Part shown: positions 13,600-27,947 of the stretch, in pieces
Layout of the letters: every line of letters begins with the position of its first letter
How positions within the stretch are numbered: the first letter of the stretch is position 1
The notes under the pieces: generated by a model
What the model was told of the DNA's origin: nothing
Database searches by the model: none
Seen by the model: the letters and a program-made list of their open reading frames with translations, nothing else
Assembly (NCBI GenBank): GCA_002633005.1
Contig: NMRA01000849.1
Location: forward strand, 1 to 64,000
From: Phoronis australis
Lineage: Eukaryota; Animalia; Phoronida
Length of the DNA: 64,000 nucleotides
Direction of reading: 5' to 3'
Position numbers and translations under genes: made by a program

Positions 13600-14425
13600 T
13601 TAATATGAGCATTTTATGCAATGTATCAAAAGGGTAAATATATCAAATTCGTTTAAGTGGGAGCTGCAACACAAAAATAGCGCCTCATGAGACACATGAC
13701 TTCACGTCCATTAATAACAGAATGCCCAATCTTTGTCTTGTACTTCGAACTAATGACCATTGACCAAATTGCAATTTTAATTCATATTTTATCTTAAAAG
13801 ATTACAGAAAGAGAAAATGCATGTTTTTATAGCCCTAAAGGCTGAAAGTCAGCTTTTTGGACTATTGTCCCTTTAAACTATCGACGTAGACCTGTCCAAG
13901 TGTGAGCAAAATAACCATGTCTTTTCTGAGTGCAAAATATTTTCTATTTCCCCATCTAGGCCTCTCATTTTTACGTATACACGTCACGGTTTGACCTGTT
14001 GTTACCACCACTGTTTCAGACAGCTTTGACGTCATAGGGATAATGATATTTCTTTCAGCTTTTAAGCTGTATAAAACACGTTACTATGCCGCCACTTTTT
14101 AAAACTATTAGCTCGCCCTTCTCAAAGGCGATATTTTGCTTTTGCATTGGCAAAATCTGTCAACCTGTCGGCAAATAAATGCGTGCCTTTATTTCCTTCC
14201 ACAACAATGTCTTTAAGAAATTGTCATTCATGCCTAAGGTGGTAGACAGAACCTGCCGGCATCAGAAACATTGGTTTTGCTAGTTTTATGTGGAGCAGGT
14301 CAATTACTGCATTGGCGATGACTCCAAGGCAATAAAACAATGGCTGAAATAAACCACACTATCGTGGATTAAATCTGGTGTTATTTTCTATCAAATTGGC
14401 TTCTGAAATTGAATTGTCCATGAAA
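13600..14425. repeat. Interspersed repeat, inverted copy of ~28360-29140
   Basis: cgcctcatgagacacatgacttcacgtccattaata (13681) is the reverse complement of tattaatggacgcgaagccacgtgtctcatgaggcg (~29003); the alignment continues over ~800 bp. Confidence 0.85.
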
Positions 14426-14799
14426 AATTTTGTTATTGTTGTTTGTTCCCGAAGAAATATGATAAATACTAGCCAAACACGACGTCATTTTTGTGCTCAC
14501 CATGGGAAGTGTTTTTACTGTAATGCCGGATACACAGCTGATTTATGACCTGTTAGCGTCAACAAAAGATTGCAAGAACGCTTTAGCCATAAAAAACTTA
14601 TCTGATTCTGGAAACTCCTTTCGTATGGAGTTGAAACTTAGCGGTATGCGTTTTTGACTATGCCATAAACTACTCATGTTAAAAACATGCAAAGCACATT
14701 GGGACACATCTATAAGTTCGACCTGGCACATTTGATAGAAGGGAGTTAAGTGTGTGAACGGTTTTCTTCCGTGTGACAAATTTCATATAACCTCATGAA

Positions 14800-14944
14800 A
14801 TATGACGTTTTCGGAAAATGTAACAATGGTACATTTCTCGCATGTGCATTTCACGTAAATTGTAACAATTACATAAAATATAACAACTTGTTACATTTCA
14901 GGAGAGACCTAGCAACGTAAAATGTTACATTTTACGGCGTATCA
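14800..14944. repeat. TGTAACA-rich element end, direct copy of ~29945-30123
   Basis: Shared acaatggtacatttctcgcat...gttacattttacggcgtatca terminus. Confidence 0.8.
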
Positions 14945-17900
14945 AAGCACAACCAGGATTAGAACTGAAAGTTAAATCTCACACTGAAGCATCTTTTTGC
15001 CACTACGTATTGAAACGTACAACAGAACCAATAAGCTTTGAATGACTTGAACAAATGGCTACAAGAAATTGTGCGCTTGCTAAAGCTTACAAGCACATTA
15101 GTTAAACCAAGGACATATTTCATCTTGTTTCAAATTCAAACCCTGATAGCAGCACTATTTTTAACTAATCAATGAAACATATGAAGGTCTGTCTGCAATG
15201 TGGGTGTAGATAGGCCAATACCACCTCAGTGGTGACTATTTCGATGCGTATGTTTGGGTGTTTAGTTCTTCCAAGTACTCTGTCAAGTTAATAGAAACCT
15301 GAAAACGAGGAGATGTTGGGAAACATAACAGTATGTTATAGCTTCATAGGAATCCAGACATAAATCATTAACAGGGAAAGATATCCATGTAAAAATACTG
15401 GCATGGCCTTCGTGAGGGTCTCATGTAACCATAATAGTTTACGGTAAAAAGTATTATCTCCTGTGTTCCGACCAATCACTTCACTGGCTGACATTTGCTA
15501 AGTTATTAGGTTGCGGTTCGAAGCAAGTTCCTTGAGCGAAAAGGAACACGCCCTTCCTGACATGGGGAGATCATTCCAGTCAGTCCATGTTTAACTCAAC
15601 TCGAACCTAGGTCAAATTACACCCAGATTAATCGTCACTTTCCTAATGACACTGAATGCTTTAATAATCTGAAATTTTTAAGTCTGAATATCGCACACTT
15701 CCGCGACAAACTAGTATTCCACAGCCCGGTAAATATTCGAAATCATGTACTCAGCCCATCAGTCAAATCAGGCAGATTTCCCTTGCGTTGAATAATTCGG
15801 TTCAATTAGATCGGGGTTACTCAAGTTTTACTGTGCGTAACAATAGTTAACATGTAGACTGGTGAGAGTTCACTTGGTTACATTGTGACCCTTTCCAGGG
15901 GTATTCCATTTAGGGTACTGGTAGCAGGATGTCTTTTTGTATTCAATAATCTAGATCCACCAGACAAACCTGACCAGTCGGTCAAAATATGTAGTCGAAA
16001 CAGAACGACTCTTAATTTTGAGAGCCAGGCACGTTAAACTAGCAAATTTGATGAAACGAGATTTCATAATCAGGAGCTACCAACAATTACTATGAACACA
16101 AAGACATAAGCACACACAATCAATGCCAATATACCCAACTTGTGAAATTGCTACATTTTGGGAGCTCTACCCTTGCATTGATACTCACTGACACAACAGA
16201 CATATATTATTGTAGAGTACAGGCGTTATATGAACGTTATGACTTACTCATGAACCACAAGCAGTATATTACTGTATGTTAGAATAATTAGATAAGATAT
16301 CCACACACAGATTGCAGTCCATGTCGGTATGTGACAGCGTGAGTGGCTGACAATAACAACTGAAATCTACACATTGGATATCAATCGCAGAACCGATTGT
16401 GGGCAATCGATTTTAGATCGCGAGTCCGTAAAGAAGCTTGTCCCCGTCAAGGGTAAGGCAATCTATGATGCTGATACGCTATTCAGTAGTCTGTCTTTGT
16501 ACTGCAAAGTAACATTGGGATAACCGATGTCTTTTAGTAGGAATAGGTCGAGTTCAGTCCCTCCATTCCTGAACGATGAATAAGGCAGCATGAAGGATGA
16601 CCAAGCCATTTTGCCCAGTGTCTCTGTCATAGATCATGGGGCCCAGACGTGACGTTGGTTTGATGTTGGCCAGCTTCTGTAGCAGGTCTTCTAGACTGTA
16701 TCTGGACTACTGAAGAATTGTCTGCCAGCTTTCGTACGCGAGTGGCCACCCTTTCCTCCCGCCTCTAATAAAATCATTCTGTTTTGACCGCAAACCTCCC
16801 AGCGCAAAGGATCACGAGATCACAAGACAACAAAAGATAAGGAAGCCATGCTAACTAATTCCAAAAATAGAGCTCTGTTCAAAAAACTTCCTACATGTAT
16901 GCAGCCATCACCCTCCACACAACGTCGAGCTGGTCAAGAACACCCACTGTATAGTTATCCATGTTGAAGGATTGAAAAGTCAGACGTTATAGATGCATGT
17001 TGAAAGCGGCGGAAGAAGACGCGCACATTATCAGAATCCTCAGTGACAATACCTGATCTTGGTTTATTGGGCATTGAGGATGCTAGTTGACGCCATCATT
17101 CAAATGGAGAAGTAGAACGGTAGTATTAAGCATGGAAGACCAGAGATCAGACCTCAGAAAGTGTGCATGGAATGTGCAATTCCCTTGATCTTTCTACTGG
17201 TATATTGAAGTTTGATAACACTCCCTCCCTTTCACAAGTTTCGTTGAATACACGATCGAGATGTATTGGCTCTATCCAACTTTAAAGTCAGCTTTCAAAA
17301 TTTCTCGAGTGAGTTCTGTCAACGGATTAAAGTGCGTGTAGACATTGTCCGAAAGACACGGTGGTCATGCAGAATCAAATAAGCATACTAAAATGTACAT
17401 ATTGTTGGTTTAATCAAACCAGGGTATTTCGGTCATCATCGACCATCTAAGTTGCAAATAAGGCTCAAACTTCCGCCTTCCAAACAACATATCAAACTTC
17501 ACCCTATAGGAGTCGGGAGTTATCATCATACATGTATAACTAACATGGTCAAATGCCAAGGCAATCAAGTTACTTGAGAGGGGGGATAACATTACTTGTA
17601 CAAAGACCCGTTTTTGGCAGTTAATTGATGTAGATTCAAATTTGGTTATAGGCTACGGGCTTCAATGATTTCCAGTCTGTGTATATCTCTTTCAAAATAG
17701 CGAATGCTCTTGTTATTCAATATATCACCAGCATAACAAGGCATGAACGCTTAGGTACGTACATAGTTGAGTATTTATGAGGGACGGTCAATATTGCGAC
17801 TTCATTTATTGAGATTTTGGTACGGGTCTTGGTCCAGTATTTGACATTTCGTTTACAATTAACATAACTGAAATAATTGAGTAACAAAACAGAAATTAAT

Positions 17901-20900
17901 AATGTGATCATACGCATGACTGTGCAAACTGAATACACATGGTCTATATATAACCTGCACAAACTACACATATTCCTGATCATAAACAAATGAAATATTG
18001 TGACTTCGCTTAATAAGATTTCGGTAGGAAATCTAATTCCGATCTTCAACGATCCCTTATCCTTACTTAGCATTTCCCATACATTTAACATTTCGTCCGT
18101 CAGAAGAGGTGGATTTTCCTTATTTCAGTCCAACTTGATCTTTTACCTCTCAGTTAACCTTTAGTTTGATCCTCTATCTATAAAACAATACAAAAAATGG
18201 ACTCTACGTCTCACAAAACACTAAAAAACGATAAATTGCGGGACCCTATAAGACATCATGTTCAGAAGTTGGAAATTGGTCGAGAATCAAGATGGCAGAT
18301 GTAGCCATCTTGAATCGTGATAGTGCAACCAAGTTCTACTATTTATAAACATAATAAATTTTCAAAAGAGAATTTTACAGCAAACAAAATGGCAGGATCA
18401 AGTTTTTGGCAACTAGACTATTCTGTAACGTGTGTTGCCATTGCTGTGACAATAGTAGATGCAAGACGTAAAGAGGTCTTGTTTTGTGTTGCTTTGCAAA
18501 CACAAAACATTTAAACAAGATAATATTAACACGCATTTTCTTTTCCTTATAGCTTTGTGTTGCAGAAAAGAAAATACTTTGGACACTCTTGCAACGCTAG
18601 TTGAAGCCAAAATTGCAAACTATATATAATTCATTTTGATATCATAGGCCGCAGGGCTTATTGCAATACGACCCCAGTAATAACACCATAACATTTTTCA
18701 GGAAAGTATTAGTCTCTTACAATGTATATTACTGTAAAAAGGGTCATTCCACGCATAAGTGAAACTCACCTACAGTGTTAGGCTGGACGCAAACAGGCCA
18801 AAGCCTCTTGGTCCTATCTTATACCACGTGTAATTGACCTGTCACAAACTCCGCTCCTTGCACCATGTCGACAAACAAACATTAAGGTTTACCCGGCAAC
18901 GTGTTGTTTGTCGGGTAAAATGGAGGCTTGGAAACGAAGGTGTGTCAAGAATGCTGCTTTCTGATTTGTCAGTTCAGCCGTCATTCAAAATCCTGGCGAT
19001 AGGTCAATTGGGAACGCTAACTCAACATGTCAGGTACACAGGAAAACAAAATGCAAAGGACTCTATCCCTAAACGATAAACCACATCAATGGCGCTGTTG
19101 CAAAGTGCTTTGTCATGCAATAGGAAACATGAACACGATGGTTAACTAGGACTGTGGGGGCGAAGCAAAATATAAATTTGAGAGAATCTGTTAACAAAAC
19201 CGTATTTGACGCCCTCAGAGATGTTTCTTAAACCCTTTTTAAGTACCCAATAATACAGTTACCATCATTTGCCTCTATTAAAGAGAACAAGACAAACGCT
19301 CTCACATTTAAGAGAGGTCGACTAAGGAAGCCGAAACAGGAACGACTATTATCCCAACACCCATGGCACTGGGGCCAAATCAATAAAATGCCTTTCCAGT
19401 AAGAGCAGCTACCAATCCCTTGGTGCAAACCCCTAAATTCCGCACAAGTTCCTAAAACACTGCATACAAGATGACCAAATTCCAGTTCCAGGGACTGACC
19501 AAATTCAAAAGCCATCTAAACTCCATCTGTGTTTACTGTGACAACGTCATCCAAAAGATTAAATCGCTACTGATGTACTGTAAACGTGTGTTTAAATGTG
19601 AAGTAGATGAAAGACATGATGTCCAAGATTCAAGCAAATAGTATCACATGCTTGTGAACTTTGGAGCAATGAATGGGCACAAGTGGAAATATGGATCACT
19701 GGGCGCTCTCTGTTGTGCCACCTGCCAACGCACAGGAATTGATATCAGGGTTCGAATTTAGTTTCCTTTAAACCTATGAAAATCTTTTATGCAATTTCTT
19801 GATTTTATTAAAAGTTTGAAAAAGTTAGAAACAAAAATACGCTTGTGAGGTTAAAGTTGCATTTCGACCTGCTTCGATGGCTAAAACCAAAAATCGAATT
19901 GGTCTTCTTACTCTCATAAAATTGATCTCACAATACATCTATACCTTGCCGTGATTGTATTGCGTTTCCGTTACCAACAGGCAATGCATATACATGTCCC
20001 GTTTTATTGATGGCAAAGGAATCCTTTCTCGGTAAAGAATTTTATGAGATCGTTTGTACGACAGTAAAATTACCAATTCGAATTTCGTTTTTATCTAGCA
20101 AAACAGGGCGAAATGTAACTTTACTAATTTAAGTTGTAACCCTGGTTACGACTGCTTTTGTTAGGAAAGTTAGGTCTGAGATACAGCAGCCTAGTTACAG
20201 TACATTGCTGGCGACGACGCACCGAGAAGTGCAATTGAGAACGTGCATGCGACGGACACCTATAGACCCTTACGAAAAGTAAGTAGTAAGTAGTAATTTT
20301 GGAGGGAAATGTTTCGAAAACAAATGTTTGCTACACGGATAAAAAGATATCGATGGTTTAAATACGTCAAGTTGTGTATCCGTTGTGGGCTTTTGAATTT
20401 TTCTAAACAAGTCTTTAAAGTGGGTTTAACTTGATGTTGTAACTATATGGCAAATTAAGGGTGAAGGTAAGGTTATCGATATTGAATATTTCGGTGTATG
20501 ACTTTAGGTCTTACGGTACTACTAATGACTTCACTGAGAGCAGTAAACTTCTGAAATGATTTCAGATTGTGTTTCAGTTTCTTGGCACAGTCATTCAAAG
20601 CCTGTAAACCTTTATCAAGCAGTCATGTAACCAACGCGATGAGACACATTACTCTTGGTGCTCACGGTTTACATTAACAATCTATATGTAATACTTGAAG
20701 GACATCATGAACAGAAACAAAGTTTTGAATACTGGTTACCTTTATTTACATATATATTATGCAATTTATTATGCAACAATCTGTAAGATAGCCTCATCAT
20801 AAATTAATTAACCACAGAAATGCGAGTACGAACAGAAATACAATTTCAAATAATGGCGACCTTTACTTGCATGTATATCATGCAATTGCAACAGCATGCA

Positions 20901-23900
20901 AACTAATTTCATCATCAAACAGCTCTGGTGCCTGATATCACAACTACAAGATGAAGTAGAATTTTCGAGAACATGATTATCTTGATTGGCATACTTTATC
21001 TTAATTATCGATGTATCCATCTTCAAAAGTTGATCCATTAAATTCACTGACCATCGAAACATGGGTGTAAATATCAACCTGCAGCTATTAGCACGGGTAA
21101 ACTTTTCAGAATGGCTGCCTTAATTTGCATAGCTTACACAAATTCTCGATGTTTCTACCTCCAAAGTAGCTCCATTAAAGTTTGTGTTGTCATAAACATA
21201 GGTGTAAACATCAACATGGTCTACCAGCAGTGACTGGTAAGGAACTTATAAACAAAAAGACTTTTGCATAATTGCCTTAATTTGCATATTTAAAAAATGC
21301 TAAGGGTTTTCAAGACCACAACCCACCTAAGACGTCTTATGGGCCGCTATCTAGACATGAAACAACCAAAAAAAACCTTATACTAATAAAGGTTTCTAGG
21401 TACCCATTTCTGGCTACTGGACTATTTGTCCGTAACGCGAAAATTGTAAAAGCTTAATCCGTACTGCGTTTATTTGAAGCGGACTGTGTAGCGATTGGAT
21501 ATGTCACATACATTGAATAATGAAATCGTTGAAAATGTAACGTATGAATAGCAAAAATTGGCTTGTTTTGCTTATTTGTCGGTTAAAAAGACATTTTGAT
21601 TTTTATAAGAGCCTCAAATCATTTTTCTTCGAAAACGAATCACACTGTACAGACACATGGAAAGATGAAAACGCATTCATTGGTCATTGCAAAGGATATA
21701 TATGCAAATGCATCGAGCATTATGCCTCCCGCAAGGCCTAAGTCGTAATGAGATACGCATAACATAGTTCAGATAGCCCTGGCAGCCACAATGAGAAATA
21801 GCACGGGACGTTCGCCGCTCAAGTAACGACAACACTGTCCATGGCCATGACGTCGATGCGACTAGGAAATGACACCGACATTACTGAAGAAGACACTGCT
21901 GACGGCAACATCCGGGAGCCGCCAATAGCAGAGGAGACCACGGTACTGATGTGAGCCAGAACTGTCAATGACTATACCAGCAACGTTGACGTATACATGC
22001 AGCGATTAACAATGTTCAGACCAACCAGATAGCACATTCAGCAACCACAGCAAGCCACCGACGACACTGCAGCCGGCACCGCCCGACAACAATGCCGAAT
22101 TCAAATGCTATTGCTCCCGCCGTACGCAAACAACGTCCACAACATCACGGCCAGTGTCGACAAGACTAACGATGTTGATCACATTAATTATGGATAATAC
22201 TGAAGTAACGCAACGGTATTCGTGAACCATGAAAATCTGCATTGCTATGTCGTCAGGAAATTAGTGAAAGTATGTTAAACTGAACAAACTTAATTTTAAA
22301 AATCCATGTGAAAGAAATCGAAGAAAAGCAGTCTGAAGATGAGAAAAATTCAATTGAAAAATCATGAAAAAACATATGGCATAATAACCTATTTAATCAG
22401 CGAGCCGTGACCGGAAAACCTCGAATAACTAGGCAACGGAAAGTCACGAATAAAAACAGACGCCACGTGTCCGGTAGCCCTTGGAATGATCTATCCATAG
22501 AAAAACAAAACAGAAAAAAACCTTCACGAATCCGTCTGGAAATCAAAAATCTTAAAAAGGCCACCATAGCGCCATCTTGCGTCTGATTTCAGCCAGAGCC
22601 ATTTTAAAAACACGTGTGTAAATTTCACGTTGATCTGATAAGAAATGCGACCTGTACAAAAGACTTCGTGACAAAGCAGCATACTTGAAGAAATGTCATT
22701 TCTCCATGCAATGATTCACTAGCTGCATTGTATATCACCTTAGCACCCCTATGAAAGTTATGAAACCCTATATTAAATGCCACTCTCGTTAATATATTCT
22801 GTTGCTCTGGTTACTTCCATGCGTGAAGTCTGCTTTTGGGTGTCTCTTGGACGTTATCTCTTAAAGTGTAAGTTAACATATTGGATGTTAATATCTTAAT
22901 TAAAATAGTCGTTGTAAACTGATAGGAATATTGACAGCACAGAGTCGTGCGCATCTACTCTTAGGAGAAAATCTTCATTCGTTGGTTGTGAGGTTGGGCA
23001 GAATTCTCTCGGAATGGTCTTCAGAAAGCAAACGGTTTGGGTGAAGTGTACTGGGTATCATTTCATGAAAATTTGGGAGCTATCAAATAACAATCTCATG
23101 TCAAGCAATTCAGTGTTATCCAAGCTACATGTATCCGTTATCTTGCCCTGTAAAATGTCGCATTACTTTTCTTCGGTTTAGTGCGGCAATAAAACCTCGT
23201 TCCGTCGAAGAAACTAAAGTTTGATTTTAACCGCTTACCTCTATTTGCGTCAATTTAATCCTTACTCAAATGAGAAGAGACTTTTGGCTTCGCAAAGGTC
23301 TGCCAATGAAGTTACACGCCGTTACAAGTCAACTTTCAGAGCCTTGTATCAGGTCTTTCCAAACCCAGAAATCGCACCTAATTTGACAAAGGAACAATGA
23401 CACGAAATGACGTTGAACACGACGTTTATAGCCGCTTTACGGTCAGAGAAGCGAAATTGCAAGGAGGCTGTACTTAGTTCATGGCTGTTGTAGCCTACAC
23501 AGGGTGTGTTGCACTCCCGAGCTCAATCCGATAGCACAGATGGTACTTTTTCGACATTTAGTGTGCCGCTCAGTGAGATGGATTGGGGGTTTTCAATGTC
23601 CATATGAGAGGGTAATTTCTTGAAATTTTAAAGCAACAACTAGGCTTTTTGTAAAAGTTTAAATACTACACAAGTGGTATCTTCAGGAAACAAACCTATA
23701 CAAAAAGAATAAATTTTTCATAGAAGCTCCGATCCCGACCCTTACTAATCAATTTTTATCTTACTACTCTCGGTGGAGCTTATGCATTTTGCTCTAGGAC
23801 GCTCCCGTTTTCCACCGACTTCGTCAATACATTTACTTTGTTCATTACGCTTTGCTGCTGCAGAGTAGAGCATAGGAGATGCAACATTGACTGAATGCTG

Positions 23901-25309
23901 ATGAACAACGTAGATGGCAATGCTTCAGAAAGAGTTTTGCACTAGCCTTTGATGAAAGGGTTCATCAGCACCTTTCAACTCTCCAAAGACGTTTCTTTCT
24001 CATTAGCCCAACCAATTTCTCTTTTCAAAAGTGATTTTTGATATGATTTATCATGTCCAGATGCTTCTGTAAAATCTCTTGTTCAAGTTTCCATGTATGC
24101 GATTTTGCAGCAATTGCATCTGTTCTAAGCTCTTATCTTCTAGTCGTACCTGGTAATTCGAGTGCACAAATTTGTAGGCCGATATGACATTCCCTTTGTC
24201 AGCGGAATACTCTCAGGATTACAATAGGTTTATAAAATCGAATGGTTTCTTTCACAGTGCGGAGCCTACTATGGTTGCTTCACCAATACCGACCTGATCT
24301 TTAGAAAGCATACGAGATTGGATGGACTGATTTCTTTCCGACGCGGCTTTAGTTTGGGCGAGGACAAATTTACTTTCACTATTGATGGAAGCACTTCATA
24401 TTCCGTCCAACCACTTAGTGAATAAATGCAGTTCCACTAAACCTCAACTGCAGTAACAGAGTCGCCAAATGGTAGCATCTCTCCATCTATCACTCCATCA
24501 GCAGTTGGTTGGACCTTTCTCGCCACTCCTAGGATAACCGCCAAAGAACTCTTGCTTTCCAGTCTCCGGGAACTCCGGCAGCCTTATTCCTTCAGAAGTG
24601 TGTTGTGAAGTGGCAAACAGCTGTATGGAAACAATGAAGAGAATTTTTATTCCTAATATGATGAATGTCTTCATATGTGCGCTATCTCCCTTCATGTATT
24701 ATCTCCAATGATCAGTGTATGACAAATTGTAGCTTCAAGCTCTTTACTTGCACTGCACTCCAGTCTGTTCTAACACTTTAGTCGGCTATCTTTCAAATAT
24801 TGCCCCATCAGCTTTAACATTGCACACGTGCTCGTAATTCAAATGCATTGTAAGTTATGAAGACTAGAGGTCGCACAGGACGTCTCTAAAGACAAATGCC
24901 CATGCGATACAAGGCGAACGACCCTTTTGTACTTTGACCTTTTCGGCTCAGCTATCTTATTCTTTCCTAGCCCCTGAACAACTCCGCTTTTTAGGGTTAT
25001 CTTGACTGCACTTCCAAGACTTACTTTACTCACCTTACCTCTGTTTGTTACTCGAAACCATGAACAAAAACATTATGGTTCTTTATTTTTAATTACTCAA
25101 TGACTGAAAGGAAGAAATAGCAATGCCAGAGAAAAGAAGGTAAAACAAGACTCTCTAAATATAGGAAAAAATAGGAAAGTTGACGTCCTGAAATTTTAAT
25201 TTACCAGAGAACACAGACTTCACGTTATAGGCTGGTACCAGCAGCACGACCTGTATATGTATTTCCTAATAACCATAGGTATGTACATGTATGTTATTAG
25301 CGAATTAAA

Positions 25310-25760
25310 GATTGTTTTTTACAAGACTGGAGCTTTGCTGTGGAGAATAGCTCAAAACTTAATACATATTTCTCATTTAAAATTGATTTTGAAATGGAAT
25401 CCTATCTGTTGCGTCATATCTTTTTAGCAGCTATGGTTAAATTAGGTTGCTCCAACCACAACTTGATGATAGAGAAAGGGAGACATGCTCTCGTGGACCA
25501 AAAATACCGTGTGTGTTGTTTCTGTGTGTCCCTAATTGAAGATGAATACCATTTTATATGTGTTTGTAAAATGTACTGCTCTATGAGAACTGCATTTATA
25601 CCTGAGTGGTGCTGCCTTTAAACAAATAAACATAAATTTGTAAAACTAATGAAAATGTCGGAGCCCATTGCTCAGATTAATCTAATGAAATTTGTATTTC
25701 ACGCCACTGCCCTCAGGGAAAAGCTGCTCAGCGCTATCCTGTAAATTTTATGTGACATGT
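25310..25760 (+). mobile_element. 5'-truncated LINE fragment (ORF2 C-terminus, same type as the 57015-61580 element)
   Basis: KLGCSNHNLMIEKGRH...RVCCFC...IEDEYHFICVC parallels KFRCSGHQLKIETGRH...RLCEIC...IEDEIHLLLNC. Confidence 0.8.
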
Positions 25761-25907
25761 GGGCCAAGGCCTTAAATATTGAAATACATGAATTTACATG
25801 TATGTTTACACCAAGCATTGAATGTTGCAAGGATTGTGACAACGCTGCCAAATGGAGACATATTTATAACAATGCAAGCAACGTGGTGGCCTTAATAGCA
25901 ATATGAC

Positions 25908-26145
25908 CATGCGCGCACCCAGCCTAAAACATAGGGGGGCTCAAATGTTTGAGAAAGTGGACGTTTCACTAAAAAACGGGGTACGTTCAGAGCTATGAAT
26001 TGCGCATTCGCCTAATTCCTGCCTTTTCAGTGGACTTTTGTCTCGTTTTCTAGGGCTTTTTGTTTCTCTGAGGCGGACCTTTTCGTCCATTACGCCAAAT
26101 GGGGAGGCTCGTTCGAGACCCCGAGACCCCCTAGGTGCGTGCATG
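25908..26145. mobile_element. MITE
   Basis: TIR CATGCGCGCACCCAG ... CTAGGTGCGTGCATG; TSD only partly matching (ATGAC/ATGTA). Confidence 0.55.
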
Positions 26146-26567
26146 ATGTACAATTCAGCAATGACGGGTGTGTCTCTCCAATTCCAATGTCGGAAACGGA
26201 ACCCCGTTTTCAATAAATTTAGCACTGAATTTCATATTGTAACGAAGTATAACGAACGAGATTTGTAGGTTTACATAGCACGCGTCAATAACGTGAAGCC
26301 TGCCGCAAGGACATTTATAGATAAACCCCACTAGCAAGCAAAACCCGGCTCAAATTCCTTACTTCCCGCAGTTTAGTCGCCATACTGCACAGTCAATGAT
26401 CAGTATCACGAACCTAACCCACCTAATTTTAGACACAACTTAATGTATTATCACTATCACTTATGATTTATCCGTAGTCAGTGTTAGCCGATATAATCAC
26501 CGCCACTGTCATTCATATTCGTCAGGTTCTTCGCTCTGTTTCAAAAATATAGACTGCTTTATTTCAG

Positions 26568-26886
26568 GATTCCAGTAATGGAGTACAGACCATTTGGGCC
26601 TCTCGCTAATACAACGCTTCTGTGTTTTCGAGATCAACTTTTGGTAACTACGTACGACGAGATACAAACGTCTTTTTGGGCAAAAGTAAAGAGAATGGGA
26701 CTGAAATCGCTTTGTGTTATTCTTCACCAGAGCGACGAGAATCGATTTTGGTGTGAAAAGATGAAGTCTTTGGGAATCATTGATGAGTTTAATGTTGATG
26801 GTCTGATCCACGAAAAAGAGGATGGTCGTACGGTTGAAGAAATCAGTGCCGGAATAATCAAATGGCTGAATGAGAAGAATATCAAC
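26568..26886 (+). CDS. CARNS1-like: ATP-grasp ligase paralog 2, exon A (in-frame ATG at 26578)
   Basis: tttcag|G IPVMEYRPFGPLANTTLL...WLNEKNIN|gtgagt; 319 nt like paralog 1. Confidence 0.82.
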
Positions 26887-27947
26887 GTGAGTGATTGGTG
26901 GCAGTAGGAGTAGCCAAAACAAATATTCCATATTACTAGATAAAGAGCCTTGACATGAAATTACAGCAGTGGATTTGAAAGCAAACGGAATAGTTTTTAG
27001 CCTTGTGCGAAAAATTACACGTTTGTGTAAGTTACAACGAAAAATGGTGGACGTTAAAAAAGCAAAATCTTTGACTCAATGATTTTCACTCCTACGGAAT
27101 GGTTATAATGCCTGGAGAACGCAAACTTGTTAGAATGTAAAACTTGTTTCCAAAAAAACTTCCGTAATTGAACTCCCCTTCACCGATTTCAACGTCATGC
27201 TTACATAGCACTGTCACGTTTTTCCCCGTGTGTGGGTAGGCGCAGGTTGTTACAGACCGGTGCTAATAGCATTCGGTGCGACGATTGACTGAAGACTGGT
27301 TCGAGTTAATCCTTTATCAATCCCGACCGTGCGTTCACAAGCCTACTCAAACAAAACGTCCGACGTAGTGTCNACGGTTGAAGAAATAAGTGCCGGAATA
27401 ATCAAATGGCTGAAGGAGAAGAACATTAACGTGAGTGATTGGTGGCAGTAGGAGTAGCCAAAACAAATATTCCATATTACTTGATAAAGAGCCTTGACAC
27501 GAAATTACAGCAGTGGATTTGAAAGCAAACGTAATAGTTTTTAGCCTTGTGCGAAAAATTACACGTTTGTGTAAGTTACAACGAAAAATGGTGGACGTTA
27601 AAAAAGCAAAATCTTTGACTCAATGATTTTCACTCCTACGGAATGGTTATAATGCCTGGAGAACGCAAACTTGTTAGAATGCAAAACTTGTTTCCAAAAA
27701 AACTTCCGTAATTGAACTCCCCTTCACCGATTTCAAATGTCCCATGGATTTAGTGAATCCAGTTTAACGTCATGCTTACATAGCACTGTCACGTTTTTCC
27801 CCGTGTGTGGGTAGGCGCAGGTTGTTACAGACCGGTGTTAATAGCATTCGGTGCGACGATTGACTGAAGACTGGTTCGAGTTAATCCTTTATCAATCCCG
27901 ACCGTGCGTTCACAAGCCTACTCAAACAAAACGTCCGACGTAGTGTC
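26830..27947. repeat. Tandem duplication (26830-27372 / 27374-27947) around a single N; likely uncollapsed haplotypes
   Basis: Near-identical copies, N at 27373, 31-bp indel at ~27736-27766. Confidence 0.85.

Noticed and set aside
21770-22200. GC-richer CAA/CAG-rich stretch resembling a low-complexity exon
   Set aside because: No sustained open frame or recognisable domain
23750-25033. Possible decayed minus-strand ORF (LIIGDN esterase-like or TGVQCK Myb/SANT-like motifs)
   Set aside because: Motifs are too short and the frames too broken to assign
25123-25139. Candidate first coding exon of paralog 2 (ATG CCA GAG AAA AGA AG|gtaaaa), phase-compatible with exon A
   Set aside because: Weak donor and no counterpart found upstream of paralog 1; unsupported without transcripts
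26509-26931. 140-aa minus-strand ORF and similar antisense ORFs over the ligase, Gypsy, LINE and PHYHIP-like regions
   Set aside because: Shadows of real coding sequence on the opposite strand, with no motifs of their own
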